A stretch of DNA of 30,816 nucleotides. Origin: a virus. Lineage: Duplodnaviria > Caudoviricetes. A program made the position numbers and the translations under genes. The notes beneath the pieces are model-generated. The model was not told where the DNA came from and ran no database searches. It saw only the letters and a list, made by a program, of their open reading frames with translations. Each line of letters begins with the position of its first letter. Position 1 is the stretch's first letter. Where the stretch lies: positions 1 to 30,816 of IMG/VR virus record IMGVR_UViG_3300005512_002795. One strand, 5' to 3'. Shown piece by piece: positions 8,868 to 17,402 of this stretch.

Positions 8868-9767
8868 TTAGGTACCCCAGGCATTTCCGAATATATCGAC
8901 ATGGAGTCTTGGAGTGTATCTCCATCCTCTTGCCATTGCGAGTTCGGCAACTTTTCTTGTGTTGAGTGTGTATGTTTCTGATCTGCCGCCCAGTGGCATG
9001 ATATAAACGGGAACGTTGATTCCCACTTGATTGAACTCGGCAACTGCTCTTGTAACTTCATCCACATCGGATGCATCAGCAACCACAAATTTAAAATACA
9101 TTTCACTGTTAGGAATCCTACTATAAGCAAGAGCAATTTCAGGCTTGATAGCAGTGTGCCAAGGTTCACCTGATACGGAAAGTTTTGGAGAGCACGACCA
9201 AGTGACTTGGAATCTGTCCTGTTTTCTGAGATAGTCTTCAAAATCCTTGTGTAAAGTCTGCGTTGTGTTTGTTTCGAATGTAACATTTTTCAAGTCCTTC
9301 ATTTTTGGATGTTCAAATAGTTCTATGTAAGTCCTTTGCCATCCCAACAAAGGCTCACCACCTGTTAATATAAAGTGTACATCTTGTCCATTAGACATTG
9401 TCCACTTGCCTTCAGGAGTTAATGATAACACATGATCCACCACTTTGTCAATGGTTTTGTCCATCATATACTTTTTAAATTCAGGATAGATACTGGCATA
9501 AGTGTCACAGCCTGTATGAACAATTGGCAAGTCTTCAAACTTGTTGACCTTGTCCAGTATTCCATTATCCAATAACTCTTTGACCTCGGGATTGTACTTG
9601 ATTCCTTGTTTCAACTTTTCTGCTCTGTTTGGCTCTTTTGCCAAACCAAAGTTCATACAACGAAAATTACAACCAAACGTTCTTAAGAATACTGAAGGCA
9701 CTCCTACAAAACGTCCTTCGCCTTGTACCGAATAAAATGCTTCTGAATATCTAAGTTTACTAGCCAT
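8868..9767 (-). CDS. queE: 7-carboxy-7-deazaguanine synthase (radical SAM)
   Basis: FYSVQGEG, VFLRTFGCNFRC...CDT, LTGGEPL, ETN, CSPKL and PRLH motifs; lies near folE. Confidence 0.9.
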   Translation of the reverse strand: MASKLRYSEAFYSVQGEGRFVGVPSVFLRTFGCNFRCMNFGLAKEPNRAEKLKQGIKYNPEVKELLDNGILDKVNKFEDLPIVHTGCDTYASIYPEFKKYMMDKTIDKVVDHVLSLTPEGKWTMSNGQDVHFILTGGEPLLGWQRTYIELFEHPKMKDLKNVTFETNTTQTLHKDFEDYLRKQDRFQVTWSCSPKLSVSGEPWHTAIKPEIALAYSRIPNSEMYFKFVVADASDVDEVTRAVAEFNQVGINVPVYIMPLGGRSETYTLNTRKVAELAMARGWRYTPRLHVDIFGNAWGT

Positions 9768-9874
9768 TATTTTACGAAAGCAATATAAATCAGCAAAGCA
9801 ATTATTAATAGTTTGCCATAATCTAAATCGAAAGCAGTGCCTTCTCCAAGATATTTTTCAAACTTTTTTCTCAT
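9767..9874 (-). CDS. Small single-TM membrane protein (35 aa)
   Basis: Manual translation MRKKFEKYLGEGTAFDLDYGKLLIIALLIYIAFVK*; TAATG overlaps at both ends fill the folE-queE gap exactly. Confidence 0.7.
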   Translation of the reverse strand: MRKKFEKYLGEGTAFDLDYGKLLIIALLIYIAFVK

Positions 9875-10548
9875 TATTCATGTCCTTTCATACTCATACA
9901 GATATCATAAAACTCTTTCTTAAGTGGAGCGTGTTTATCGAACGCACCCAACATAATAGCAGTTGTCATATCTGATTGATGTTCTTTTACTCCTCTGTGT
10001 GTCATACAGTGATGTTCTGCTTTGATCAATACAGCCACGTTTGGAGTTTTAGCATATTTCTGTAATGCTTCAGCAATTTGTGTGGTCATCTCTTCTTGAA
10101 TTTGTGGACGTTCTGCTATGTGATGAACTATTCTATTAAACTTGGATAATCCAATCACTTCTTTTTCAGGCAGTACGCCTACCCAACATTTGCCCACAAT
10201 GTTCTGAAAGTGATGAGCACAAGTTGATCTAACACTGATCGGACCGCTGGTGTACAAACTTCTATATCCCATATTAGGAAAAGAAGTCACCTTAGGCGGT
10301 TGTTGAAATCTACCACCAAATATTTCATTGATGTACATTTTAGCAACACGTCTAGCAGTGTCTTTTGTGTTGTGATCATTTTCTGTGTCAATCACCAAAG
10401 CATCTAAAACTGATGTGAAAGATTCTTCTACTTCTTTCTGCAATTCCACCAGTTCGCCTTCCTCAATATAATCAGCAATATTATCATTGCTGTGGAACCT
10501 TGCTTCTTTGTCCTTAAGTCTTTGTCTTATACGTTCCGATGCTTTCAT
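9874..10548 (-). CDS. folE: GTP cyclohydrolase I
   Basis: STCAHH, IGLSKFNR, RPQIQEEMT and AEHHCMTHRG motifs. Confidence 0.95.
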   Translation of the reverse strand: MKASERIRQRLKDKEARFHSNDNIADYIEEGELVELQKEVEESFTSVLDALVIDTENDHNTKDTARRVAKMYINEIFGGRFQQPPKVTSFPNMGYRSLYTSGPISVRSTCAHHFQNIVGKCWVGVLPEKEVIGLSKFNRIVHHIAERPQIQEEMTTQIAEALQKYAKTPNVAVLIKAEHHCMTHRGVKEHQSDMTTAIMLGAFDKHAPLKKEFYDICMSMKGHE

Positions 10549-10760
10549 CCTTGCCTCTTAATGTAAGTTTCTAACATTTCTAGTTCGTCATGATATTCAG
10601 CAATTATTTTTAATTCTTTTTCAATTGCTTCTAATACGTCAGGATGTTCTCCTACGCCCACAGCCTTTTCCATGTATATTTCAACATTAGCCGCATGTTT
10701 TTCTATGTGCCCTTTGGCATGTGCCACAAGTGCGTCATATATACGTTCTCTACTTGCCAT
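10545..10760 (-). CDS. Hypothetical phage protein
   Basis: 71-aa ORF with AAGGAG SD and a VGVGEHPD motif. Confidence 0.7.
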   Translation of the reverse strand: MASRERIYDALVAHAKGHIEKHAANVEIYMEKAVGVGEHPDVLEAIEKELKIIAEYHDELEMLETYIKRQG

Positions 10761-10787
10761 TGTTATTCTCCTTATAAGTTATCTAAT

Positions 10788-10816
10788 ATATTAACAAATT
10801 TTGTCCAATTTGTCAA
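10788..10816 (-). promoter_or_regulatory. Sigma70-type promoter TTGACA-N17-TAATAT
   Basis: -35 at 10811-10816 and -10 at 10788-10793, upstream of the 71-aa/folE/queE genes. Confidence 0.55.
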
Positions 10817-11393
10817 TGATTTGTTTGAGTACAATTTCATTTCCTTCATCTGTGTAGTGATTGGTTTCTCCCCTGTATAAGGGCCAAATATCTGTTAAAT
10901 CCAGTGTGTGTTTTTCCACAGCAAATTGGTTGCTGATACTGAAGTTATCCACAGCCAAATATGGTATTGTGATGATTCTATTAATTTCTTCCCTCAATAA
11001 TTGGTATATGTTTTTTTGGTAATCGTCATCGTAATGATGATAAAACCAATTTTTAGCAGTTTTCAGTCTTGGGTTAAACCAATCAAATTTTGAATCGATA
11101 TCCGAAAATATCAAATCACAATCCTTGTGTAAGCCTTGTTTGTGTACAGGATGTTTGGGAGTGTGTATTCTGCTGGGACTGGTGTGACACACAATCACAC
11201 AATCATAATTCTTTTGCCAACTTGGATCGTGATCAAATACCTTTTTGATTTGTTGGAGTATTTTGTATTCACCACAACCTGCCTGTGCCACATTGTTCAC
11301 AGCATTGTGTTTTGTCAATTCTAGAGGCCAACCCTTGCCGTTGGGCCATTCTGCGGCAAAACTGTCGCCTGCGATTAAGATTGTTTTAGCCAT
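10791..11393 (-). CDS. SGNH/GDSL-hydrolase-like protein
   Basis: N-terminal IAGDSF, NVAQAG block II and C-terminal NHYT...N. Confidence 0.6.
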   Translation of the reverse strand: MAKTILIAGDSFAAEWPNGKGWPLELTKHNAVNNVAQAGCGEYKILQQIKKVFDHDPSWQKNYDCVIVCHTSPSRIHTPKHPVHKQGLHKDCDLIFSDIDSKFDWFNPRLKTAKNWFYHHYDDDYQKNIYQLLREEINRIITIPYLAVDNFSISNQFAVEKHTLDLTDIWPLYRGETNHYTDEGNEIVLKQIIDKLDKIC

Positions 11394-12193
11394 GTCAAAT
11401 ATTCTGTTGCTATCAATTTATGATACTGATTGTTAAAATGTTCTTTGTCCTCAATAAAATAATCTTCTGCTGGATGTCCTAGTGTATTTAGATATTGTTC
11501 CACCGACTGATCCGCTCTTTTCAATGTATCTATCTTACCAAAATAATCTGTTTTACTGGGCCATGCTCCTCTAGTTCGAAAATTGAACACATATAGTTTG
11601 GCATTATTTTCTGTACACAATTTGTCCCAAGCATACATATTCAATAAAAAATCTCTTTTTTCAATTACAGTATTACATTCATAATAAAGTTTTACACTCA
11701 TATAAGAGTCTTTTCTTAAATCAGGAGAGGTCAAACCATGCTCCGCTGAAAATCCTATTGATGGAATTTTTTGATAATCATCTGCTGTGGGTTTTTGAAG
11801 TATTTGTACAGTGTTACCTGATACAGGTTGGTCAGAAAATTTTCTTATTTTTTCTATCGATTCTGGATGTTCATACATAAAGTGATCCAATGGTTCAACA
11901 TCATACTTTAAGTCAGGGTCAAAACTTAATGTTATTCTATTCAACGGTGCCAAACACAAAAATACTTCATCTATATTATTATATTTTTTAAACATATTTG
12001 CTAACCATATAGTGTATAAGTTATTAGTAGCACCTGGTTGAGCATAAATCACAACATTTTTATTTGCGATCTCTGAATACATTTCTGCGTAATTGTTGTC
12101 GTTCCAAAAAGTGAAACTGCCAGGACCTACTTTACCTGCTATGGTTTTATAACCTACTGTGTGGCTGTCGCCTATGAAAAGTGTTCTACTCAT
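11375..12193 (-). CDS. SGNH/GDSL-hydrolase-like protein
   Basis: FIGDSH, AQPGATN and C-terminal DKEHFN...H (DxxH). Confidence 0.6.
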   Translation of the reverse strand: MSRTLFIGDSHTVGYKTIAGKVGPGSFTFWNDNNYAEMYSEIANKNVVIYAQPGATNNLYTIWLANMFKKYNNIDEVFLCLAPLNRITLSFDPDLKYDVEPLDHFMYEHPESIEKIRKFSDQPVSGNTVQILQKPTADDYQKIPSIGFSAEHGLTSPDLRKDSYMSVKLYYECNTVIEKRDFLLNMYAWDKLCTENNAKLYVFNFRTRGAWPSKTDYFGKIDTLKRADQSVEQYLNTLGHPAEDYFIEDKEHFNNQYHKLIATEYLTWLKQS

Positions 12194-12569
12194 CTTTGGT
12201 GTAGTCTCCCTTGCCAGGAATAACGTGTCTTACACCACCTTTGGGATTTTCACAATCACCTTTTTTTCTAGGAATAAGATGAACGTGTGGGTACATACAA
12301 GTTTGTCCTGCCGCTTCGCCCACATTGATTCCTATGTTGAATCCGTCAATAACTCCTTTAGCAATATTGTCATTGCCTATTTTCATTGCTAACTCCATGC
12401 ATCTAATAATTCTTTCTTGTGTGGCTTCTTTCGGCACAATCAATGAATGTCCTTCTGTAACAGGATATCCGTCATTGTACCAAACCATGTCTTTGAAATC
12501 ATACACCACATCTTCCCATGGTGCTCTGCCTTCTTCTTTTGCTTTTTCCAGTGTATCAACTTTTATCAT
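12186..12569 (-). CDS. HIT family nucleotide hydrolase
   Basis: PVTEGHSLIVPK, GFNIGINVGEAAGQT and HVHLIPR; start taken at ATG 12569. Confidence 0.9.
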   Translation of the reverse strand: MIKVDTLEKAKEEGRAPWEDVVYDFKDMVWYNDGYPVTEGHSLIVPKEATQERIIRCMELAMKIGNDNIAKGVIDGFNIGINVGEAAGQTCMYPHVHLIPRKKGDCENPKGGVRHVIPGKGDYTKDE

Positions 12570-12570
12570 C

Positions 12571-13023
12571 TTACCATTCCTCCCAAGGAAACACAATCCA
12601 ACATGGATGTACTTCTTTATTAATAGTATAGCACCAATAATTTAATTTGTCAAACTTGCTGGGTGTGTTATGAATCAAACTGGCATACTTTACGGTTTTT
12701 ATGTGACCAAAAAGATCATAAATGTAATTAAAGGTTGATCCTGTATCATTTATATCATCAACAATCAATACCTTTTTATTTTCTACCACTGCATTCATTA
12801 AATTTATTGATTCTGGTTCAGATTTATGATCTCTCAATCTTATGTCCAAAACTTCGTGTGGTTTGTGTAGCCTATGGCTCATGTAGATACCAGGAATACA
12901 TCCACCTCTATTGATTCCCATGACCACATCTGGCTCAAAATTATCATCAGTCATTTGATCACATATTTTGTCCATGGCGTTTCTGATTTGAATCATTGTG
13001 AAATATTGTTTATTAGTCATCAA
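12571..13023 (-). CDS. Purine (xanthine/guanine-type) phosphoribosyltransferase
   Basis: INRGG, PRPP-binding VLIVDDINDTGST and WIVFPWE. Confidence 0.85.
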   Translation of the reverse strand: MMTNKQYFTMIQIRNAMDKICDQMTDDNFEPDVVMGINRGGCIPGIYMSHRLHKPHEVLDIRLRDHKSEPESINLMNAVVENKKVLIVDDINDTGSTFNYIYDLFGHIKTVKYASLIHNTPSKFDKLNYWCYTINKEVHPCWIVFPWEEW

Positions 13024-13409
13024 AATATATCCTCATCAGGATTTTTTGAACAATAATCTGTGTAGCATATTCTCCAAACATTTCTAAATTTTTCATACGC
13101 TATTCTCAATGATGGATACTCGTCGCACATTTCTTCTATCTTTGCTAGACTGGGCACTGAGTCTTCAAAAGGTTTTGCTGGAATATAATCATCAAATGTA
13201 AAATTTTCCATGCCTTTGCCAGCATCTGCTCTCATCATTTCACCTATGTCCATGGTATCAACCGAACCAATCGAAGCACCTGAAGGTGTAACACCGTAAC
13301 TGACAGATACACTTTCTGTAGCAGGTGCCCAACTGCCTGAAAATGTTTCATCAGCCACACTGTAGGTTATTTCTGTTTGTTCGGATTTTTTATCTTTTTC
13401 TACGCTCAT
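13020..13409 (-). CDS. Hypothetical protein
   Basis: 129-aa acidic ORF overlapping both neighbours by ATGA. Confidence 0.7.
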   Translation of the reverse strand: MSVEKDKKSEQTEITYSVADETFSGSWAPATESVSVSYGVTPSGASIGSVDTMDIGEMMRADAGKGMENFTFDDYIPAKPFEDSVPSLAKIEEMCDEYPSLRIAYEKFRNVWRICYTDYCSKNPDEDIF

Positions 13410-13801
13410 ACTGTTAACTCCTCTGTAATATATCGTTGTAGTTCATGATCACCAACATTGTTGGGTATTTCATTTTTATAAAACAATCTGTAACTGTCGG
13501 AACCATATTTGCCAATGCCGTATAGTTCGGTGGCATCGTTTCCATTCCAGTTATCAAACTGTTCACTCATTCTGTATATTCTTTCTGCTTTCTTTTTTTG
13601 CATTCCTAGTGGTTGAAGCATCTGCTCCAACTCAGAAATGTTGGCAGAACTGAGAAGTTCTGTGTGAGTTGCCCAACGTTTAAACAGTTTGGGCAGAACT
13701 GCTTTGACTTGCCGACGATTTGTTAGGTTCAAACAGATCACTCCAACCATGTGTTGCCACACATTAGAAACCTGTTGTTGAACCATCAAGTCGTCACGCA
13801 T
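13406..13801 (-). CDS. HhH-GPD DNA glycosylase, MBD4-like
   Basis: WQHMVGVICLNLT, LQPLG, LYGIGKYGSDSYRLF (HhH) and DHEL catalytic Asp region. Confidence 0.8.
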   Translation of the reverse strand: MRDDLMVQQQVSNVWQHMVGVICLNLTNRRQVKAVLPKLFKRWATHTELLSSANISELEQMLQPLGMQKKKAERIYRMSEQFDNWNGNDATELYGIGKYGSDSYRLFYKNEIPNNVGDHELQRYITEELTV

Positions 13802-14361
13802 TAGTACAATTCTTCGATCTTATCGCAAATCTTTAATTTCTTTGCCTCCTTGGCATCTAACCACACATCTTGTGGTGGAAGTAGTATTTCTCTGATCTGC
13901 TTTTCATTCATTCCAATACATTTTTTGTAGTGCTCAATCATACGTTTTGTACTGAGTTCAAATTCTTTTACTCTAGCATACAGTTCGTGTTCTTTACCAG
14001 CACTGCCCCAACTGTATTGATGTGACAGAATACTTGTATTAGGTGTTAATATTCTTGATCCTTTTTTGCCTGCTATGAATATTAAAAATCCACATGAAGC
14101 AATCAATCCAAGTCCAACTGTTTTGATAGGTATTGTACTTGCTTTCATTGTGTCAATCAATGCGAAAGCGGCATGAACATCGCCTCCTGGTGAATTGATT
14201 ATCAGTGTTAATTGAGGTAATCTATTGTCTGCTAGATTATGGTTCATAATCCATTGTAAGCAGTTTCTACAAGATTCCATTGTTATTTCTTCCATCAGCA
14301 CATAAACGCCGTTGTTTGCCAAGTTGTTCTGTTGTGCTGGTGGTGTTCCTTTTTTAGCCAT
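13801..14361 (-). CDS. clpP: ClpP-like protease subunit
   Basis: INSPGG, IASCG (Ser), SHQ (His) and DVWLDAKEA (Asp); start taken at ATG 14361. Confidence 0.85.
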   Translation of the reverse strand: MAKKGTPPAQQNNLANNGVYVLMEEITMESCRNCLQWIMNHNLADNRLPQLTLIINSPGGDVHAAFALIDTMKASTIPIKTVGLGLIASCGFLIFIAGKKGSRILTPNTSILSHQYSWGSAGKEHELYARVKEFELSTKRMIEHYKKCIGMNEKQIREILLPPQDVWLDAKEAKKLKICDKIEELY

Positions 14362-15406
14362 TTGATACCGTTCCATATAGTTTGGTGCCTGAGAAAAATT
14401 GCTCTTTTAATCTTTGTTTCTGCTTCAAAACCGCAGGCACATATTTTTTATAATTTTCCATATAATCTTCAATACGAGCAATTATATGTTTTTTGTTTGC
14501 TCTGTAACTTTCCATATTCTCGGTCCAATCACTTGGATATAAGAATTCTTTCATTGCCATTTCTGAATAACTCAATCTATCTGGAATCATAGGAATCACA
14601 TTTAGAATGGCGCCTTCATACCAACTGATACCCAATGTTTCTTGTAGGTTGGCAGAAAACATCAGTTTGGCTTCTCCCAGCAAGTTGTGATATTCATTTT
14701 TAGTTAAAGGTCTTTCTTGGCACGTCACAAACTCATATTGTGGCAGTGCGTTTTTTAAATCTTGAAATATAGCAGGTTGCTTTTCTGGAGCCAATCTGTG
14801 TGGGAATAGTATTTTATTTTTCTTTTCCATGTTTTGATATAGATCCAATGTGGGTTCCATGTATTCCATTGGCCATCCTGCTCTAATAACTTTGCTGTTA
14901 TCTTTTGCTTGTTCAAATGTTTTTGTGAATAGATCTATGTGAAACTGTGTGGCAAAAAAGTTATGATCAAATGTGTCAAACATTGCCTGCTCTGTGTTAC
15001 GCACCCAAGGTTTATCTCCAATCAATCTACCCAAGAAGTCTTGTGGATCATACGAACCGGCGTGCCACATACCACCTATTTTAATCTTAACTTTCAATAA
15101 TTCTGCCATGTATTTTAATTGTAGCACAGTGGGATTCCAAGCATCTGTGTACAAGAAATAATCACCATTTTTAACTTTGCCATCACAAAACATTTTGCCA
15201 ATCTGTTGCATTTGGTTTGCTTTATACACATTGGTGCCACCAAAGTTTAAGAATGCTCCAGGAGTTGTGGCTTGTGGTGTATCACCACCGCTGATTGATA
15301 CAACTTCGTGATTGGTCGCTTTCTTTAGTTGTCGAGGCAAATGATACTTCCACTCTTTGGTGTATCTTGTATCAACTGCTTCTAAATCTACAATATAAAT
15401 TGTCAT
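14354..15406 (-). CDS. GT-B glycosyltransferase (GT4-like)
   Basis: FPHRLAPEKQP and QETLGISWYE (EX7E) motifs, N-terminal WHAG; start ATG 15406. Confidence 0.75.
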   Translation of the reverse strand: MTIYIVDLEAVDTRYTKEWKYHLPRQLKKATNHEVVSISGGDTPQATTPGAFLNFGGTNVYKANQMQQIGKMFCDGKVKNGDYFLYTDAWNPTVLQLKYMAELLKVKIKIGGMWHAGSYDPQDFLGRLIGDKPWVRNTEQAMFDTFDHNFFATQFHIDLFTKTFEQAKDNSKVIRAGWPMEYMEPTLDLYQNMEKKNKILFPHRLAPEKQPAIFQDLKNALPQYEFVTCQERPLTKNEYHNLLGEAKLMFSANLQETLGISWYEGAILNVIPMIPDRLSYSEMAMKEFLYPSDWTENMESYRANKKHIIARIEDYMENYKKYVPAVLKQKQRLKEQFFSGTKLYGTVSNG

Positions 15407-15567
15407 TTGTTTTCCCAATACGTTATTAGTGTCAGTCCAGCAAACACCATGAACGCTATGTACAAGGCGTCACTTAAACTTTCGTTGCCTGTATTAAAAG
15501 GACCTGGCATATACCAACCATGTCCTATAAGACATATCCCAGCAACTATTCCAAATATGTACGTCAA
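15403..15567 (-). CDS. Small two-TM membrane protein (54 aa)
   Basis: Manual translation from a TTG start behind an AAAGGAG SD: MTYIFGIVAGICLIGHGWYMPGPFNTGNESLSDALYIAFMVFAGLTLITYWENK*. ATGA overlap with the glycosyltransferase. Confidence 0.65.
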   Translation of the reverse strand: MTYIFGIVAGICLIGHGWYMPGPFNTGNESLSDALYIAFMVFAGLTLITYWENK

Positions 15568-15583
15568 GGATCGCTCCTTTCTG

Positions 15584-15964
15584 TTACTCCACGTGATAAA
15601 TTATCTCGCTACCATTTTCACCATCTTCACTGACATTGATGATAATTTCTCTACCTGGATATTTTTTAGTAATCTCTTGATACAGATCATCGCTTATCAT
15701 TTCGCAAGATTTAAAATCCAACTGTAATGTTTTTTCAGCATACAGTTTTTCTAACCATCTTTTGAATTGAATAAATTCAATGTCTCTATCATTGTGAAAT
15801 ACTTCAATTTCTACCTTGAAGTGAAATATATGTCTATGAACATAGCCTAAGAATGAAACATCATACTCATCACCTGTTGCTAACTTTGGATCATCCAATG
15901 CCGCAGGATATTTGTGAAGTCCTTCTTTTCTAAATGTTACCCATATAAATGATTTTTTATTCAT
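15584..15964 (-). CDS. QueD-like T-fold protein, probable DpdL-type (CDG decarboxylase-like)
   Basis: EGLH, LGYVHRHIF (LxxxHRHxF in place of the QueD CxxxHGH), SCEM and VSEDGENG. Confidence 0.7.
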   Translation of the reverse strand: MNKKSFIWVTFRKEGLHKYPAALDDPKLATGDEYDVSFLGYVHRHIFHFKVEIEVFHNDRDIEFIQFKRWLEKLYAEKTLQLDFKSCEMISDDLYQEITKKYPGREIIINVSEDGENGSEIIYHVE

Positions 15965-15969
15965 AGTTT

Positions 15970-15998
15970 ATTATAGCAATTTTATTCGTCTGTGTCAA
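15970..15998 (-). promoter_or_regulatory. Perfect sigma70 promoter TTGACA-N17-TATAAT
   Basis: -35 at 15993-15998 and -10 at 15970-15975; the ATG lies 5 nt downstream of the -10 box. Confidence 0.8.
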
Positions 15999-16509
15999 CG
16001 TCAATTACTGTGTCTCCCACATATTCTTTCCAATCTGTATAGTGCATGGCATCTGTTATTTCTTTAAGGTTTCTGCTCCAAACACCTGTGTTAGAATGGC
16101 CCCACGTCACATCATCTATCTTCAATGTGGCGTTGCCGTTCACTTTGTAGATGTTGGGAATTTTGGCACTGATCATTGGAATAAATTTTTTATAACTCAT
16201 TAAACCTGTGGCTGTAACTGTTTCCATGTATTCAATACCAAAGTCCAATGTGATCCAAAAATCTTGTTCCAGTAAAGATTTCATCATGTCCACCCAAGAT
16301 TTTAAATCTTCATCCTTGTTTATAATAAAACTCTGACTGGTTCCAAAGTAGATGTGCTTGGCTTTGTGTTCCACAGCCAATCTAGCAATCTCTTCTACAG
16401 GTCTTGTGCCAACCACAAACAGTGTTTGCCAACCTTTTGCCACAGTGTTTTCAATCTCTGTGCCTGTAAAATAGATTACCTGTTTACGTTTTGCTGTGTC
16501 TAAAGCCAT
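15982..16509 (-). CDS. Hypothetical protein within the DNA-modification cluster
   Basis: ORF likely starting MALDTAKRK at 16509 (GAGG SD); motifs TLFVVG, HIYFG and KIDD. Confidence 0.7.
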   Translation of the reverse strand: MALDTAKRKQVIYFTGTEIENTVAKGWQTLFVVGTRPVEEIARLAVEHKAKHIYFGTSQSFIINKDEDLKSWVDMMKSLLEQDFWITLDFGIEYMETVTATGLMSYKKFIPMISAKIPNIYKVNGNATLKIDDVTWGHSNTGVWSRNLKEITDAMHYTDWKEYVGDTVIDVDTDE

Positions 16510-17402
16510 TCTATGTATCCTCTGTTGAATCCTGGCATTCTTTGATTGCTTTCTTTGAAAGCATCTTGCCATTCTGTTGATCGGTCATATCCTTTGCTCC
16601 AAAACTTGTCCACATTTAACACACCTGTTTCTATCATTTTGACTGCCATCTTCATACATCTTTGAAAGTTTTTTTGTCTAGGAGATGGAAATACCACTGT
16701 AACAGCATTCCATAACAGTTTACTAAAACTGGTTGTGATAGTTTTTGTCTTTTCAGCACCCAACACAATTAAACCTTGTGGTTTAACAATGTCACGCACA
16801 AACACTTCATCTCTTGTGTTTAGATCAATCACAATATCATATTGACCGTTGAAAGTGTCTTTGAGTTTGTCTTTCCATAATTCTTTATTGCTGGATCCTA
16901 TTACATCTATATCAAAGAAATAATTTGCTTGTAAATATTGATACACCACCCAACTTAAAAATCCACTGCCTATAATACACAGTTTGGAATCTTTGCTGTT
17001 TCTTTTTTCAAATTGTTCTTCATCCTGCATCACTATGTTCAATCCACACGCCACAGGCTCCACAATGTATTTAGGTTCAACTTCAGGAACACTCACATAT
17101 GTGCCAATATCTGCGTTGTATTGATCAGCATAAGCAGGTTCACCTCTTGTGGCAACATAATCTCCGACCTTAACATCATCAATGTCTTTGCCTACCTCTA
17201 ACACTTCACCCAAACCTTCATGTCCTTGCATCTGTAAAGGCAATGGACCAAACTCACCATTCATCATATCGATATCACTTCTACACACACCTGTGAAGAC
17301 ACTTTTAATTCTGATCTGATTGTCTTTGATATCAGGCACATCAAACTCGCCTTCTTCAAATGATCCTTTACCTTCAGTGTATAATATTTTTACTTTTGTC
17401 AT
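16500..17402 (-). CDS. Zn-dependent MDR-family (alcohol/sugar) dehydrogenase
   Basis: GVCRSD, GHEGLGEV, VGDYV, EPVAC and IIGSGFL Rossmann motif. Confidence 0.85.
   Translation of the reverse strand: MTKVKILYTEGKGSFEEGEFDVPDIKDNQIRIKSVFTGVCRSDIDMMNGEFGPLPLQMQGHEGLGEVLEVGKDIDDVKVGDYVATRGEPAYADQYNADIGTYVSVPEVEPKYIVEPVACGLNIVMQDEEQFEKRNSKDSKLCIIGSGFLSWVVYQYLQANYFFDIDVIGSSNKELWKDKLKDTFNGQYDIVIDLNTRDEVFVRDIVKPQGLIVLGAEKTKTITTSFSKLLWNAVTVVFPSPRQKNFQRCMKMAVKMIETGVLNVDKFWSKGYDRSTEWQDAFKESNQRMPGFNRGYIEWL

Noticed and set aside
8801-9286. 161-aa minus-strand ORF overlapping queE
   Set aside because: Alternate frame inside queE with no motifs. Only its last 20 codons (MMKDREEQ..., 8801-8863) might be a tiny ORF, and there is no support for that.
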